Assembly: GCF_006345805.1 (NCBI RefSeq)
Contig: NC_043004.1
Span: 43,896,001-43,960,000 of the forward strand
Direction of reading: 5' to 3'
Source of the DNA: Octopus sinensis
Taxonomy: Eukaryota
Length of the DNA: 64,000 bases
This document shows, piece by piece, positions 14,373 to 27,313 of the stretch. The notes below the pieces were generated by a model. The model did no database searches and had not been told where the DNA came from. It saw nothing but the letters and a program-made list of their open reading frames with translations. Position 1 is the first letter of the stretch. Each line of letters begins with the position of its first letter. Made by a program: the position numbers and the translations under genes.

Positions 14373-15234
14373 AATCGAATCTATTCTTGCAGGTATATAT
14401 ATTCACATTAGTTTGTACGCATCAATCACAAGAGTTAGTTTAAAACTGGGAAAAAGTATATTTTATATAATTATATTACATTCGATATTGTTATATGTGT
14501 TCACTGCATTTCATAACATTTGCAAATCTAATTCCCAACAACATCAAAAATTCATCATTGCCTCTAATTTTCCAAAACATTTCGACACTGAATTACCACG
14601 TCTCCGAGTAAACTGGTGGGTAGTGAAGGCAAGTTTCTACTCATCTTCTCTTGCTTTCCAGCTTAAATACTCCTGCTTGTTTCAGAGACGCATGAACCTC
14701 TTCCTGCTACCGTCTTTCTAACACGAGGTGTGCGCTCTTCCTCTAGCTTTTATCTCGTAACCGCTGTCAGCCACTTCTATAAAGACGATCCCGTGTGACT
14801 GCTGTTGGCAACTTTAGCTGAAAATATCGATTACTATCAATCTTTTCCCTAAACTGGTGAACCATATTCTGGTAATTTTTAGAAGCTGTGACGTATCTTC
14901 TTTTCCTCCTCATGTAGCTTGCTTATGTTTGGTCAGCTACCCGCATCTCCCATTAGAGCTTTACTAAACAAGCACAGGTTCTTTATCAACAGATATTGCA
15001 GCACCACTTCCTCCGTCTCCTGTTCTTCTTAAACCGTGAAGCTGCTCCCTATCATCTTTCAGTACCATCCAAATCACTACGATTCAAAACCTCCATTCAC
15101 CATTCCACGATTTGTGATGTGACGGGATGTCCTAGAGGAATCCTTATTTCCAGAGACTACTGTCCGTTGGCAAACAAACCTATCATAAATTTCATTCTGA
15201 ACTGTCCATAATGCTCTACATTGTATGCTTGGTA

Positions 15235-15480
15235 CAAATTTACCTTTTCGAGTCATACCGACTCATGAGGACTGGTTTCTCAGTTTCCCGGTTTCAGAGC
15301 GTATATATTCCCCACCTGGACGGAGCGCCACTTGGGCGCAAGATTACGCATTTTTGCCAGTTTATGGACTTGAGCAACGTGAAATAAAGTGTTCTTCTCA
15401 CGATCACAATGCGTTGCTCTGGCCAAAAATCGAAACCACAATTTCACGATCACTAAGCCACGTGACTTCACAGTGTATAC
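15235..15480 (-). mobile_element. tRNA-headed SINE (family C), diverged
   Basis: Minus strand shows gtggtttcgatt (box B-like) followed by cactttatttcacgttgctc; related to the remnant at 52930-53070. Confidence 0.65.
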
Positions 15481-16132
15481 CTGCAAATGTCTTGAACATA
15501 TAATGCATTCATGTAAATTGCAAGCTGTTGTGGAGGACCTAACTTTGCCTCATTAGCCAAATTTATCCGGATGATATGAACATAAATATTTCTTCCTATC
15601 AACCTTGAATGAATTACCAACTAATCTGTACGCGCTCAATGTTGCACGGAAATTCTGGAAATTCAGCATTATGGATATAATTACCCAGGAGTCTGTACTT
15701 CATCAAAAATCTGTTATCCGCTTTGCTCCGGCACTTATCAATATCGTCTCATGAAAACTAAAGTGTAAAGAAACCCTTTAAAAGTTTTCTTCTTTGTCTT
15801 ATACACACATTCAGCAATACGCTAATGCTATAACTCATTTGTGACTCAGCTTGAGAATGGGTAACAACACATTCTAACTCGCTGCGCTACCACATCGTAC
15901 CTCCGACACGAGAGTGTCGGTGTTCAGGCTATGCAATTCGTTCGAGTCCACCGTCGATTATGTTAGCTTGGTTTCTCAAAACTGATGCCATTATGAGCAG
16001 CTCCTCTAGCTTCAGAGTTGGATGTATGGCCATCAAATTTGCTTCGAACACATATTTCAGATGTTCCTTTTCCCAAGTTATTCTCTTACATGTAATTTCT
16101 AAAAGTATTGCTCTAAATAAATTTATAAGATA

Positions 16133-16637
16133 CTAGCAGTATCGCCCGGCGTTGCTCGGGGTTGTAAGGGAAATAACTATATAAGCATTTTTAGAGAGTT
16201 ACTTCCCTTATAAATTCGGGCTTTCTTAGCCATTTTTATTTTGGTGTCTTCAAGCCATGAAGTCGTTGTTCTAAAAGAACGCTGGTTTCCTTCACAACGC
16301 ATTACGACGTTGATTTCTTTACACTCCTTCCCCACAGCTTCACGAGGGAGGGAAGGGGGAGAAGCAAACAGGTGCAGCTGTGAGCGTGGACGCCAACTCC
16401 GCCGCCATCGACACACGATGCATTTTATGCATTAAAATGGAATAAAAAATGATGTTAAATTATTTTTAAAATCGTAGACTCATCGTTGACGCGCGCTAAT
16501 AGTCAGACGGGCTCGATATGAATCACGACTATAAGATACCCGAATTTGGTTAAACTGCACCGCAAAATGTGGGAGGAGTTAGGAATCTAAATCGAAGGGG
16601 ACAGACACTCACACAACTAGAGTTTTATATATATAGA
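16133..16637 (-). mobile_element. Non-autonomous Helitron (505 bp)
   Basis: Minus strand starts 5'-TC, ends CTAG-3', is inserted between A and T, and has the GC-rich hairpin CCCGAGCAACGCCGGG just upstream of CTAG. Confidence 0.85.
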
Positions 16638-17135
16638 TATATTTCGCGTGTTAGTTCACCATAAGAATCCAATATATTATTATAGCATCGACACAAATGA
16701 AGGAAATACTATTTACATATAGATACGTGCAGAGTGCACTGTCTTTTATTCTAAAATGTACCCATAAATTTATATCGGTTCTCATTTATTCGTGCTGCTC
16801 CCATTAAAAAGGAGGAGAGTAAACAATAAAAAATATCTCTGACCATATGTCACCTCAATAAGGAAATCCTTGCAAAAACGACACGCTTTTAAGTTGCATT
16901 TTATATCATAAGAAATGTACACACAACGGAAAAAGCACGATTACTTTGTTGCTGTTACAGTTACGTACACAGTTTCAAAACACCTTCAATATTCATCAAT
17001 ACAAGTGAATGTTTTATTCGGTTACCTCTACAGCAAGGTATTAATTTCGTTTAAATAAGTGATAATAAGGTGGGCCGCATTGACATTCTTCAAGGAAAGG
17101 TGAAGCCGCACTCTCGTTCTCGTGAGTCACTGCAG

Positions 17136-17288
17136 CGAATTCCTCCGAGGTCGACTTTGCCTTTCATCCTTTCGGGATCGATAAATTAAGTCCCAGTTAC
17201 GCACTGGGGTCGATGTAATCGACTTAATCCGTTCGTCTGACCTTGCTTGTCCCCTCTATGTTTAGCCCCTTGTGGGTAGTAAAGGAAC
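17136..17288 (+). mobile_element. 5'-truncated SINE family A
   Basis: High identity to the 3' two-thirds of 13088-13309. Confidence 0.85.
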
Positions 17289-18479
17289 AAAAATATTCTT
17301 CTCACTTCGCTATACAACGTATTATTAGTACAATTTTATGAAAACATCTTATCTCAGACAAACCAGTGATATTCCTTCAAACGATGGGTATTCACGTAAA
17401 ATGATACAAAAATGGCGATTCTAATTTAATGTTGTTTCACTTGATTACATCTAATTTTACTCTATTCGGTGATTTTCTTTCATGGAAGCTAATTTGATAC
17501 AAAATCGACATCAACAAAACAGTGTATGTTTTTATTTGAAACCAGTTACAAGTATAAGAAAGTTGTGCTAAAAGAAAATAGTTCAAGTTTCTACTTATGT
17601 TGCCCAGTTACTAAAAAGTATGTATCACAAATTTATTATATTAAACTGTAAACATTTGCGTTTATATATTATTCACCTATTTTAAAGTGAAATGTATACC
17701 AATATCAGTAAAGATATTAAAACCAGTCCTTTGGTTCTCTCAAATGGAATTTGAATCAACCAATATCAAACGCCATTTACGTTTGAAGTGTCTTAAAAGT
17801 TATATAACATACAATAAATTTTAACATTTACATATATGGCTGTCTACTAGCAGTATGATCTCTATGTGAGGAATAGTCATCTATTTCATAGATTGTAAAG
17901 ATACAGACTGTCTGGACAGAAATAATACATACAACTAAATCATACTTGCGTAATCCTGATGTTTATCTTATTCATATAATCAAAATTTGTCTCTTTTATA
18001 ATTAAAGTGGTTAAATAAATTCCAGTTAAGTAATGTCTTCTAGAAATCATAAATAAATCATTGTAAATATATATATTATTTTTTATGGCATTGAGAAACT
18101 GAAATGACACAATAATATCGATATCCAGTATTCCCATTCACCTACGGAGCGAGTTATTCCCTCCTGGTTTGAGGTTACTGTGATTAATGGTTAATCAGTT
18201 TGGCATCAAAGTGATAATTATCGAGTGATAATTTTATATCATCACTGGCTGTGGCCCGAAAGTTCGTGGGGGGTGTCTATGGCTTCAAGATATCTCTGAG
18301 TCCAGATAGTAGATACCAGTTATATTGTGAGGACGATATAATTAATGCTTTCCAGGATCTTAATTATTTAACTCATGCCAAAATTATAAAACATTACAAG
18401 CAGTATCAATAGAAGAAATAGAGGAAATAACGATGTTGTACATGATATAACTCTGAGATTTTGTCTGCGCATAATCAGT

Positions 18480-18742
18480 ATGTATCATAATGAAATTAAA
18501 TGTTTTGTTTCTCTTCTTTGTATATGTATGTACATATACATGGATACACATGTAGGCAATCATGCACATACGCATACGGACACACATGCATGTCTGTGTG
18601 TGTGCGTGTGTGTGTGTATGAGATATATGTATATATACATTTATATATGCGTATGTGTATAAATATATATGTGTATAAATATATATATTTATACATATAT
18701 ATACATATACATTCATATGTTTATGTATTTATATAAGTTTAT

Positions 18743-18797
<55 letters not shown>

Positions 18798-18940
18798 GTA
18801 CAAGTAGATGGATATATGGTTATATTTATATATTTATGTGCATATGTGTGTGTGCGTGTACACACGCACACACACACGCATACATATGTATGAGTACATG
18901 CGTATGTATTAGAACGTATAACTGCATATATATATATATC
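18480..18940. repeat. Compound (AT)/(GT)/(CA) microsatellite field
   Basis: Directly visible. Confidence 0.85.
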
Positions 18941-19257
18941 AATGCGTACTATATGTTTAGGCACATGTAGATAAGTGTGTTGTGTGTTATAGGTGAGAGT
19001 AATTAACAAGAAGAAAAAGGTCAAAATAGTTCATCTGTAATTAACATTTTAAATTTGTTAATTAACGTCACGATAGAATGAATGAGAAAAAAACGACATT
19101 GCATTTCTTCGTATCTTTCATGTAAGAAAACTAATAAACACTAAACTTAATTTTCTCTCATTCCACCGCCGACACCACCACGCACAGATACACGGGCATA
19201 CAGCCACGGACACGTACACACTGACACACACGCAAACACACAGATACCTATATATGT

Positions 19258-19301
<44 letters not shown>

Positions 19302-19668
19302 GCTCTGGTTTGTGTTTCCATTTGAGTGTGTTTGAGTGTGTTCTACGTGTATATTTGTTTGAGCCTCATGGCGGATCCTAATGGTGGTCATGATTTTAAA
19401 GCTGTCGGTTGGTTTTCCAGACAAGGCTTAGCATCACGGACTGTGCACAATCGTGTTCATAAAGATAAAAGAAAATTTGAATAAGGCACATGATTTTAAA
19501 CTTACTCCAGCTCCGTCAGCACTACTAATCGTTACATCACATAGTTTATACGCCCCATTTTGTCTTCACTGCTGTATCATCCTATCTGGATCACCAGGTT
19601 AAAAGGGAGGTGTCTTGACGGTGCTTGCGTCTGCTAGCAACCAGCTGTGTTCATATGTGTATATATAG

Positions 19669-19709
<41 letters not shown>

Positions 19710-20001
19710 TATACACGCCCATACATAAACAATATGTGTATATATATATACGCACACAAATATATGTATATCTCTAGGTGTTTACATATATATATATGTG
19801 TGTGTGTGCGCGTGTGTCTCTGTGTGTGTGCATGTTTATAGTCATGCATGTGTGCATATGTATGTGTATATACTTTATACAACCCCGAACTGATTACTCT
19901 GCTATCCGTGCATAAAATTTAGAATAGTTTACTTTTAAATCTTGATATTGTATCTCACTGGATGGAATGCTTTTCTCTTGATCCCAACAACAGTGGATGG
20001 T

Positions 20002-20500
20002 GGAGGCGCAATGGCCCAGTGGTTAGGGAAGCGAACTCCCGGTCGTAAGAATGCGGTTTAGATTCCCAGATCGAGAATTGTGAGTGTTTATTGAGCAAAA
20101 ACACCTAAGCTCCAGGAGGCTCCGGCGGGGTGGGGGCTAGTGGTGAAGCCCGCTGTACTCTTTCACCACAACTTTCTCTCACTCTTTCTTCCTGCTTCTT
20201 CCACAAAGAGGAGGAACCATGGTGTAACCCAATATGGTGTGGTAGACCCTTGTCTAGATTGCGAATCCTCTGTGCCACAGAATCTTTCATCTCTCCACCC
20301 GTTAAAAACCACCGTTTACGGAATGAGGATAACAACGTAGCTTTCGCGCCCATGCAACCGCTAGTCCATCACGTGTGGTGGGTGAATCTTCAAGTTGCCA
20401 CACGCATTCTTAGTAGCTTAGAGTAGGCTCGAATTAGAGATTATTCTTTGTGGCTAATGGCGGGAGTCCTGAATGGAAGAAGAAGACAACAGTGGCACAG
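20002..20500 (+). mobile_element. tRNA-headed SINE (family C-like head) with a 3' half not seen elsewhere in the window
   Basis: Box A tggcccagtggtt, box B-like gtttagattccc, then gtgagtgtttattgagc-aaaacacct; 3' boundary uncertain. Confidence 0.75.
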
Positions 20501-20514
20501 CCCACTATGAATGA

Positions 20515-20552
20515 GTGTATGTGTGTGTGTGTGCATATATATATATATATAT

Positions 20553-20611
<59 letters not shown>

Positions 20612-20630
20612 TATAGATATATAGATAGGC

Positions 20631-20727
<97 letters not shown>

Positions 20728-20760
20728 TGCATATATATATATATGTATGTATATATATAA
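20515..20760. repeat. (GT)(AT)(GATA)n microsatellite
   Basis: Directly visible. Confidence 0.95.
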
Positions 20761-20880
20761 CGGGAAGCTTTATGAAAATAGACAAAAGACGAAGGCAGGT
20801 TTACGGAAATAAACAAAAGACGAAGGCAGGTGGAGTACAAACAAACAATTGTATTAGTATGGCGCTCAGGAAATATAAAT
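20760..20880 (-). mobile_element. PLE terminal-repeat fragment (same family as 40745-40895 and 44445-44625)
   Basis: aaaagacgaaggcaggt and tgtattagta-gcgctcagga shared; internal ~20-bp tandem duplication. Confidence 0.65.
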
Positions 20881-20913
20881 GTGTGCATGCATATATATAA
20901 GTATATATGTATC

Positions 20914-20969
<56 letters not shown>

Positions 20970-21036
20970 CAATAAAAAACCATGTCAACAAGAAGCGCTT
21001 TAAAATAATAGACGAGCAATTATTACGACAAAATCT

Positions 21037-21104
21037 TATATAGAACTACTCAAGGTTTTGCGCCCATAAAGCAAAGCCTTGTGGAGAGCTCGTTAGAGAC
21101 TATA
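21037..21104 (-). ncRNA. Degenerate type I hammerhead ribozyme in a PLE-type repeat
   Basis: Minus strand CUAACGA-GCUC...GGGC-GCAA...UA with UAUAG/CUAUA stem I; homologous to 47668-47733. Confidence 0.35.
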
Positions 21105-21751
21105 CAGATACGAAATTTTAAAATATCTATGTTGCAGACGTGAGGAATCGCTCAGAAAAACGTTAATGACTACGGGTTATTTTCGCTTAATCAGAGGAGG
21201 TAAAAAAAAAACCTACTATATACTCGAAGTGGCCTAAAGAATAAACGGGGAGATCCAATTTTCTAGTAAGTAGCACTTGAAGTGGGTACATTTAGAAAAC
21301 ACTTGCTTACGGTTGTATAATGCGAGTAATTTGTCCAAGAAAGTATTTTTTTTAACCACCAGTCAACCTCCAATGTGTCAGAAAGACGCTTAGTCACGTT
21401 TCTAGCACGATATATGCAGAAATTAATCGATTTTCCTGGCTGCATCGCCAGGAATGTTGCTTGACTTAGTGTTTTCAAGACAAAGGCAAAAAAATACTAA
21501 TTCAAGCAACATCCCACATACAATCAATTCGAAACAAAAATATTTCACATACAGAAATTTTACACAGACCACAAACGAAAACAACCATAGATTCCCACAC
21601 ACACAATCGGAGGCAACAATACCACCGTTCCCCCGAACCAATATCACACAACCTCAAAGACAACTCATATATAAACGAAATTACACCCAACGTTTCTTAG
21701 CCCGGGATCAGAGACACCAGGACACAGGCTGTAACCTAGTAATAAGGAAAA

Positions 21752-24014
21752 ACCGAAGATAATCAACCTTTCAACCAAACCTCTCTCTAGCATAAAAATT
21801 GACATCCTCTCAAAAGGGCTCAAATTTACGCCAACTCCACGCAGAGCCAACCTAAATGAAATCAAGGATAATATAACAGAATTCTGGAGAAAATTAAGAC
21901 TAGCAGAAGCATCAACCAGTTTCAATACTGAAGATGAATCACTAGTCAAGAACAAAAGTGAACACATCCCCCACAGACGAAGAAATAAAGATCTTGACGA
22001 GTTCTGCAGCCATATTGAGAACTTCCCCTACCATACTATACATAAATAGACAGTTAACTCAAACTTTAACACTACACAATGGAAGAAACTGATAGAACTT
22101 CAAAATGATGAAGATACAACCATTAAGGAAGCAGACAAAGGAAGCGCAGTTGTAATAATGGATACATCATACTATAGAAATCTTGTAAGTTCCTTGCTTG
22201 ATGACAATCAACATTATGAAAAAATCACCAACTACACCCCGCAAAAAATAATGAACCCTCTATCTTCACTAATTAAAACCAATGAAAAGGAACTAACAAC
22301 CAAAGAGATTGACTTTCTAACAAACTTTAAATGCAAGCTTAGCCTCTTCTATGGTCTGCCAAAAAAAACATAAAATCCAAATTATAATTGAAACCATTAA
22401 AAAATCACCAAAGACATACATACACACACCTAACCCGGGGGACCTAAAACTACCACCCATTGTAGCTGGCCCAACCTGTGAAACACACAGACTAAGTCTA
22501 CTTATGGACATCCTCCTGAAACCCTTCCTTAAACATATCGATAGCCATATCAGAGATGACTTGGATATGTTAAACCACCGTCCAAAAAAAGTCAAGGAAG
22601 AAACAATCATGGTTTCATTTGATGTAATTAACTTATATACCAGTATACCTCATAATTATGGACTAGAGGCAATACAGTTCTGGCTGGACCAATTTCCGGA
22701 AGAAATACCAAAAAGGATCAGTGAAGAATTCATTACTAAATCAATTGAATTCATCCTACACAATAACCACTTCATGTTTGACAATACATTCTACCGTCAA
22801 ACATCCGGAATTGCTATGGGTACAAGGGCAGCACCAGTCATTGCGAACCCAACAATGGGCTACCTGGAAATAATCATTTACCAGGAATCTTTATCAACCT
22901 TTGGAAACCCCCTCTCTCAATACATAAAAGAGATTGTTTTATACTCTGGAATGAAAATACAGATAAACTCCTAAAATTCAAAAACCTATTGAACAGCATC
23001 AACCCAAATATACTGTTCACAATGGAATACAAACAAAAGGAGCTTCCATTCTTAGATATACTAATTAAAAAAATTAACCTTAAAATAGAAACAGACATTT
23101 TTTACAAAGCCACAAACGCCAAAAAATACCTACTTTTTGATTCATGCCACCCAAGACACACTAAAACAAACATCCCTTTCAACCTTGCAAGAAGGATATG
23201 CACAATAGTGTCAGAAAAAAATACCAGGAACTTTAGACTACAAGAACTCAAAACACCCTAATTGACAGATACTACCCAGCTGAACTCATAGAGGATGGGA
23301 TCAAACGTGCAACAGAAATCGACATAGAAACTTTGAGAAAAGTTCAACACAACAACACACCTTCCCCGAAAATACTGCCATACATATCCACATACAACCC
23401 CAGAAACAAAGAAGCCTTCACCATCATCACCCAGAATTTACCAATACTTCATAAGGACCCCAAATTAAAAGAAATTCTAAACATACATAAAATCATTAAA
23501 AGCTACAAGCAACCTAAATCACTTAAAAAGATTCTCACAAAGGCAAAATTGCTTTCTGAAATTACGGATGCAAAAGTAAAACAATGTGGTAGACCAAACT
23601 GCGCAACATGCCCAAAACGTCTAGAAAACTTATATATATTCCTCTTCAAAGAGGGGACAAAAATTGAAGATCAAATCTAATTTTACTTGTGCTTCTGAAA
23701 ACATAATTTATGTCATAAGATGCTCGGGCTGCCACCAAAACTACGTGGGGTCCACGGGACTATCACTCAGACGTAGATGCACACTACATCGACAACATAT
23801 TGCATTCCCAGAATACAGAATGATACTCTTTAGTGAGCATATTGAGAAATTCGCAAAGCAACTACTACCACAATTTTTAATCTTTCCATTTTATCAATGT
23901 GCTATTGGAACACCAACACAAATTAGACTAAACAAGGAATTATTCTTAATTGAAAAATATAAGCCCAAACTTAACCACTCTAACATTCTTATACAGAGAA
24001 ACTCACCCCATTAA
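21752..24014 (+). pseudogene. Penelope-like element (Neptune-type) RT + GIY-YIG endonuclease ORF, frameshifted; element approximately 21400-24290
   Basis: IINLS..LS....IL.KGLKFTPTP, IKEADKGSAVVIMD, SFDVINLYTSIP, QTSGIAMG, LPFLD, C-x4-C-x2-C linker (CGRPNCATC), GIY-YIG NIIYVIRCSGCHQNYVGSTG..L.RR...HRQHI. Confidence 0.93.
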
Positions 24015-24289
24015 GTAAAAGAGGCAAGAAATATAAAGCGATTATCTCCCTTACACCGGAAGGAATCACTTATTACCTCCCCTTACCTGGAACTCATCTT
24101 TACACTTCGTAACGAAGACATGACACGATGTTTTGAGAAATTTGAAAAGTTAACACAAAACCGGTAATTTCTTCAAAAACTATGTCACTGTATGAAAAAA
24201 GTTTATAACATTCTTCTGACATAATGACTCAAATATATTTTCTAACCTTTTAAAACAAGCCTTCTGTAGTTTTTTCACTTTTTACTATT

Positions 24290-24302
24290 CTCTCTCTCTC
24301 TC

Positions 24303-24396
<94 letters not shown>

Positions 24397-24416
24397 TATA
24401 TAATATATATATATAT
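24290..24416. repeat. (CT)n(AT)n microsatellite
   Basis: Directly visible. Confidence 0.95.
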
Positions 24417-24597
24417 AGCAAATAAGAAAACGGAGATGCACATTAGTTGGTTCATCAACTTTAGGATATTAAAATGTTGACTTATTTATTTATCAAAACC
24501 ACGACCATAATAACATACATGCATATAGTATATTATTCAATGGATATAAGTTAAGAATACAAGTAGCTATGAAAAAACATAAATATAAATTATTAAC

Positions 24598-24730
24598 ATC
24601 ACTTACAGCTGTTTCAGCCTATGTATAATAGCAACTCATTGTGCCTATATAAGTCAAGTACATTGAAGTGGCAGGCAGTTGAAAATGAAGTACTTATATA
24701 TATATATCCCTAGGCCTCGTCAGAGATTAT
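24598..24730 (-). ncRNA. Type I hammerhead-like motif with ~89-nt loop II
   Basis: CUGACGA-GGCCUA...UAGGCU-GAAA-CAGCUG-UA; intact core, palindromic stem III, weak stem I. Confidence 0.6.
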
Positions 24731-24976
24731 AAAGTACAGTCATAAAAATATAAATATATATATGAAACAAAATAAACGTACAATTTAATATTTATATATA
24801 TATATATACATACATACATACATACATACATACATACATAAGCACACATATACACATATACGTGTATATAAATACATAAATAGACATAATTATGCATACA
24901 TACAAGCATATAGACAATTAATTATACATACTGGAGCATGCATATACATCCATATCCATGAGTACACATATAATAT

Positions 24977-24979
24977 TTA

Positions 24980-25043
<64 letters not shown>

Positions 25044-25048
25044 TATTA
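24977..25048. repeat. (TAT)n microsatellite
   Basis: Directly visible. Confidence 0.95.
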
Positions 25049-25260
25049 TGAGATTCTGCGTATACTTCTATTCACAATACATAGTATAAGAAATTCAAAT
25101 TTAGAATATACTATACTATAATATAAACAGATATTAATGAAAGATGTAAGCTTATTAACTTTATAATCACAGTCAATATATTCATATGACATGGAGTTAA
25201 GATATAGTTATTTCATTATTATCCTGCATACACATATGTTCATGCATGTGTGTAACAAAT

Positions 25261-25501
25261 CATCATCATCATTGTTCGACCGTGGTCGAGACAATGGAAT
25301 TTACCATGCTACGCCAGACTTCACGGTCCATCATGGCATTACGGAGGTCCTGTTGCTGGATGCCGGTATTCCTGGAGGATAGTGTGCGCCCTCTGGTATT
25401 GCGAGTAGATGGCTTCCAGAGGAGAAGAGTAGAAATTACCTCTTTTTCAGCTCTGCAACAATGTCCAGCAAACTGGACTCTCTTACCTTTCACAAGGTAG
25501 G
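25261..25501 (-). mobile_element. 5'-truncated RTE-clade LINE 3' end
   Basis: C-terminal peptide QFAGHCCRA....LLLWKP...RGR...AMMDREVWR; (TGA)n tail; 9-bp TSD gtaacaaat at 25252-25260 and 25502-25510. Confidence 0.85.
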
Positions 25502-25753
25502 GTAACAAATACATGCATATGCATACATATATACATACGTATTACAACAAATTGTTCGTAATATAAATTCACAGATTAATGCGTAATAAAAGTAAATATA
25601 CTAAGAGATAAGAGATAATCTATGTGAGCATTGTTACTCGTTATTTAATATTTTAGTGGTTAAAATCTAACGGGGATTGGGGAGCTATTTTTTTAATCAT
25701 TGGATACGTATTATCCATTAGTGGGTTGGACCCACAACCCCTAACTTACTTGG

Positions 25754-25836
<83 letters not shown>

Positions 25837-27263
25837 ATATACATAATCATTATATGTGGATATGCTGATTAGCTTTTATATGTTTCGATGTCGCTTGATC
25901 GAAAATATAGGAGGTAAGTTTTTCCTAGCATTTCTAGATGTATCGGAATATTATGTCGATAAAGGAAATGAGTCTTATGATTCTAATCCAGAAACGTACG
26001 TCCATAATTAACCGAAGACTGTTTGATTTCATTATTTTTCTTCTTTTCTTGCCATATGTGAGTTACAAATATTGTTGTCTGTGGAGACATATTTTTGTAG
26101 TAAAAGGAAATAGTTATCTTTTGACTGCTATTTCTAAAATTTTCGGTATGTGTTTCAGCAACTTGTTACAAAAACCCTTATTGTTATAATTATATATATA
26201 TATATATCATATATAGGCTATATTAAATCTCAGAGATGTCAAAAATAGCAAATTGGAATCGTAGCATATAATTGTCAGCCAAGTGTGGCGTCCTATACGG
26301 GGGAGTGCTACTAACGTTTATAGCCCCAAGAAGACAACTCTTCCAGCTGGATAATGACACACATTCTGTGTCCGATTAGTATTTGCGAGGGGGGGGGGCA
26401 TCGCTCCCATCCATAGTTTTACGTTATACAGACGGACTCGAGTTTCTGGGCGGTTATTTGTCCTCAGCGTATATTAATCACCAGCTAGTGATGAAAACTC
26501 ACCGCACTCGCAAAATACTATTAAGTAAAGAGATATATCAGGACATTGAAAAGGAAATATAGAAATTCTCATATGACTTTTATACGAAAATAACAGTAAT
26601 GTATAAGTACTGCATCTGTATTCGGATACAGATTTTGATTGAGGATATTCCTTATATATTCAGTAAGATAGAGGCATCAGAGCACTCGAAATAAAAAGAA
26701 GTAAGAGAAGGAGTTGCTAGCAAATATATTGGTAGATCTGTGGTTGGGAATATGCCTATCTTATCTGAGTTAGTCACTTGGCTTCTTACTCTGGAGTTTT
26801 TTTCTGAGTATTCCTGCAAGATAAATTATTATGCTTATGCACGTGTGTCTGTGTGTGAGTGTGTGTATGCATCTGAGTGTGTGAGTGTGTGTTTTTATGT
26901 GTGTATGTGTATCTGTATGTGTTTGTGCGAGCGCGTATGTTTGTGGATGTGTTTATTCTTTGCGTTTTATTTCAACACTTCAGAGATTTCAAAACAGACG
27001 CTAACAATGTAACAAGACATTTTGAATAAAGAATTGTTCCTGGATTTTGTAAGAACGCAGTAGATTTTGGTGTAGTAGTATACGCACACATAGGTGTGTG
27101 CATCAATTTGCTTGCACTTACTAATATAAGGTATCTTTGCAATGCTTTAGATATCTTCAATGTGCCGCTAATATGTTGATTTTAGAAATTTATTTCGAAA
27201 AACGTATACTTCTTGTGTTTTTTGGGTGGTGGTGGTTAAATGTGTAAGTACATGTATGTATTG

Positions 27264-27313
<50 letters not shown>

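Noticed and set aside
15225-15503. ORF with DY...SHDHNAL resembling an APE endonuclease end
   Set aside because: It is the antisense of a tRNA-derived SINE and the motif spacing is wrong
20002-20075. tRNA-like sequences at SINE heads
   Set aside because: They lack a full cloverleaf and continue into SINE bodies; not tRNA genes
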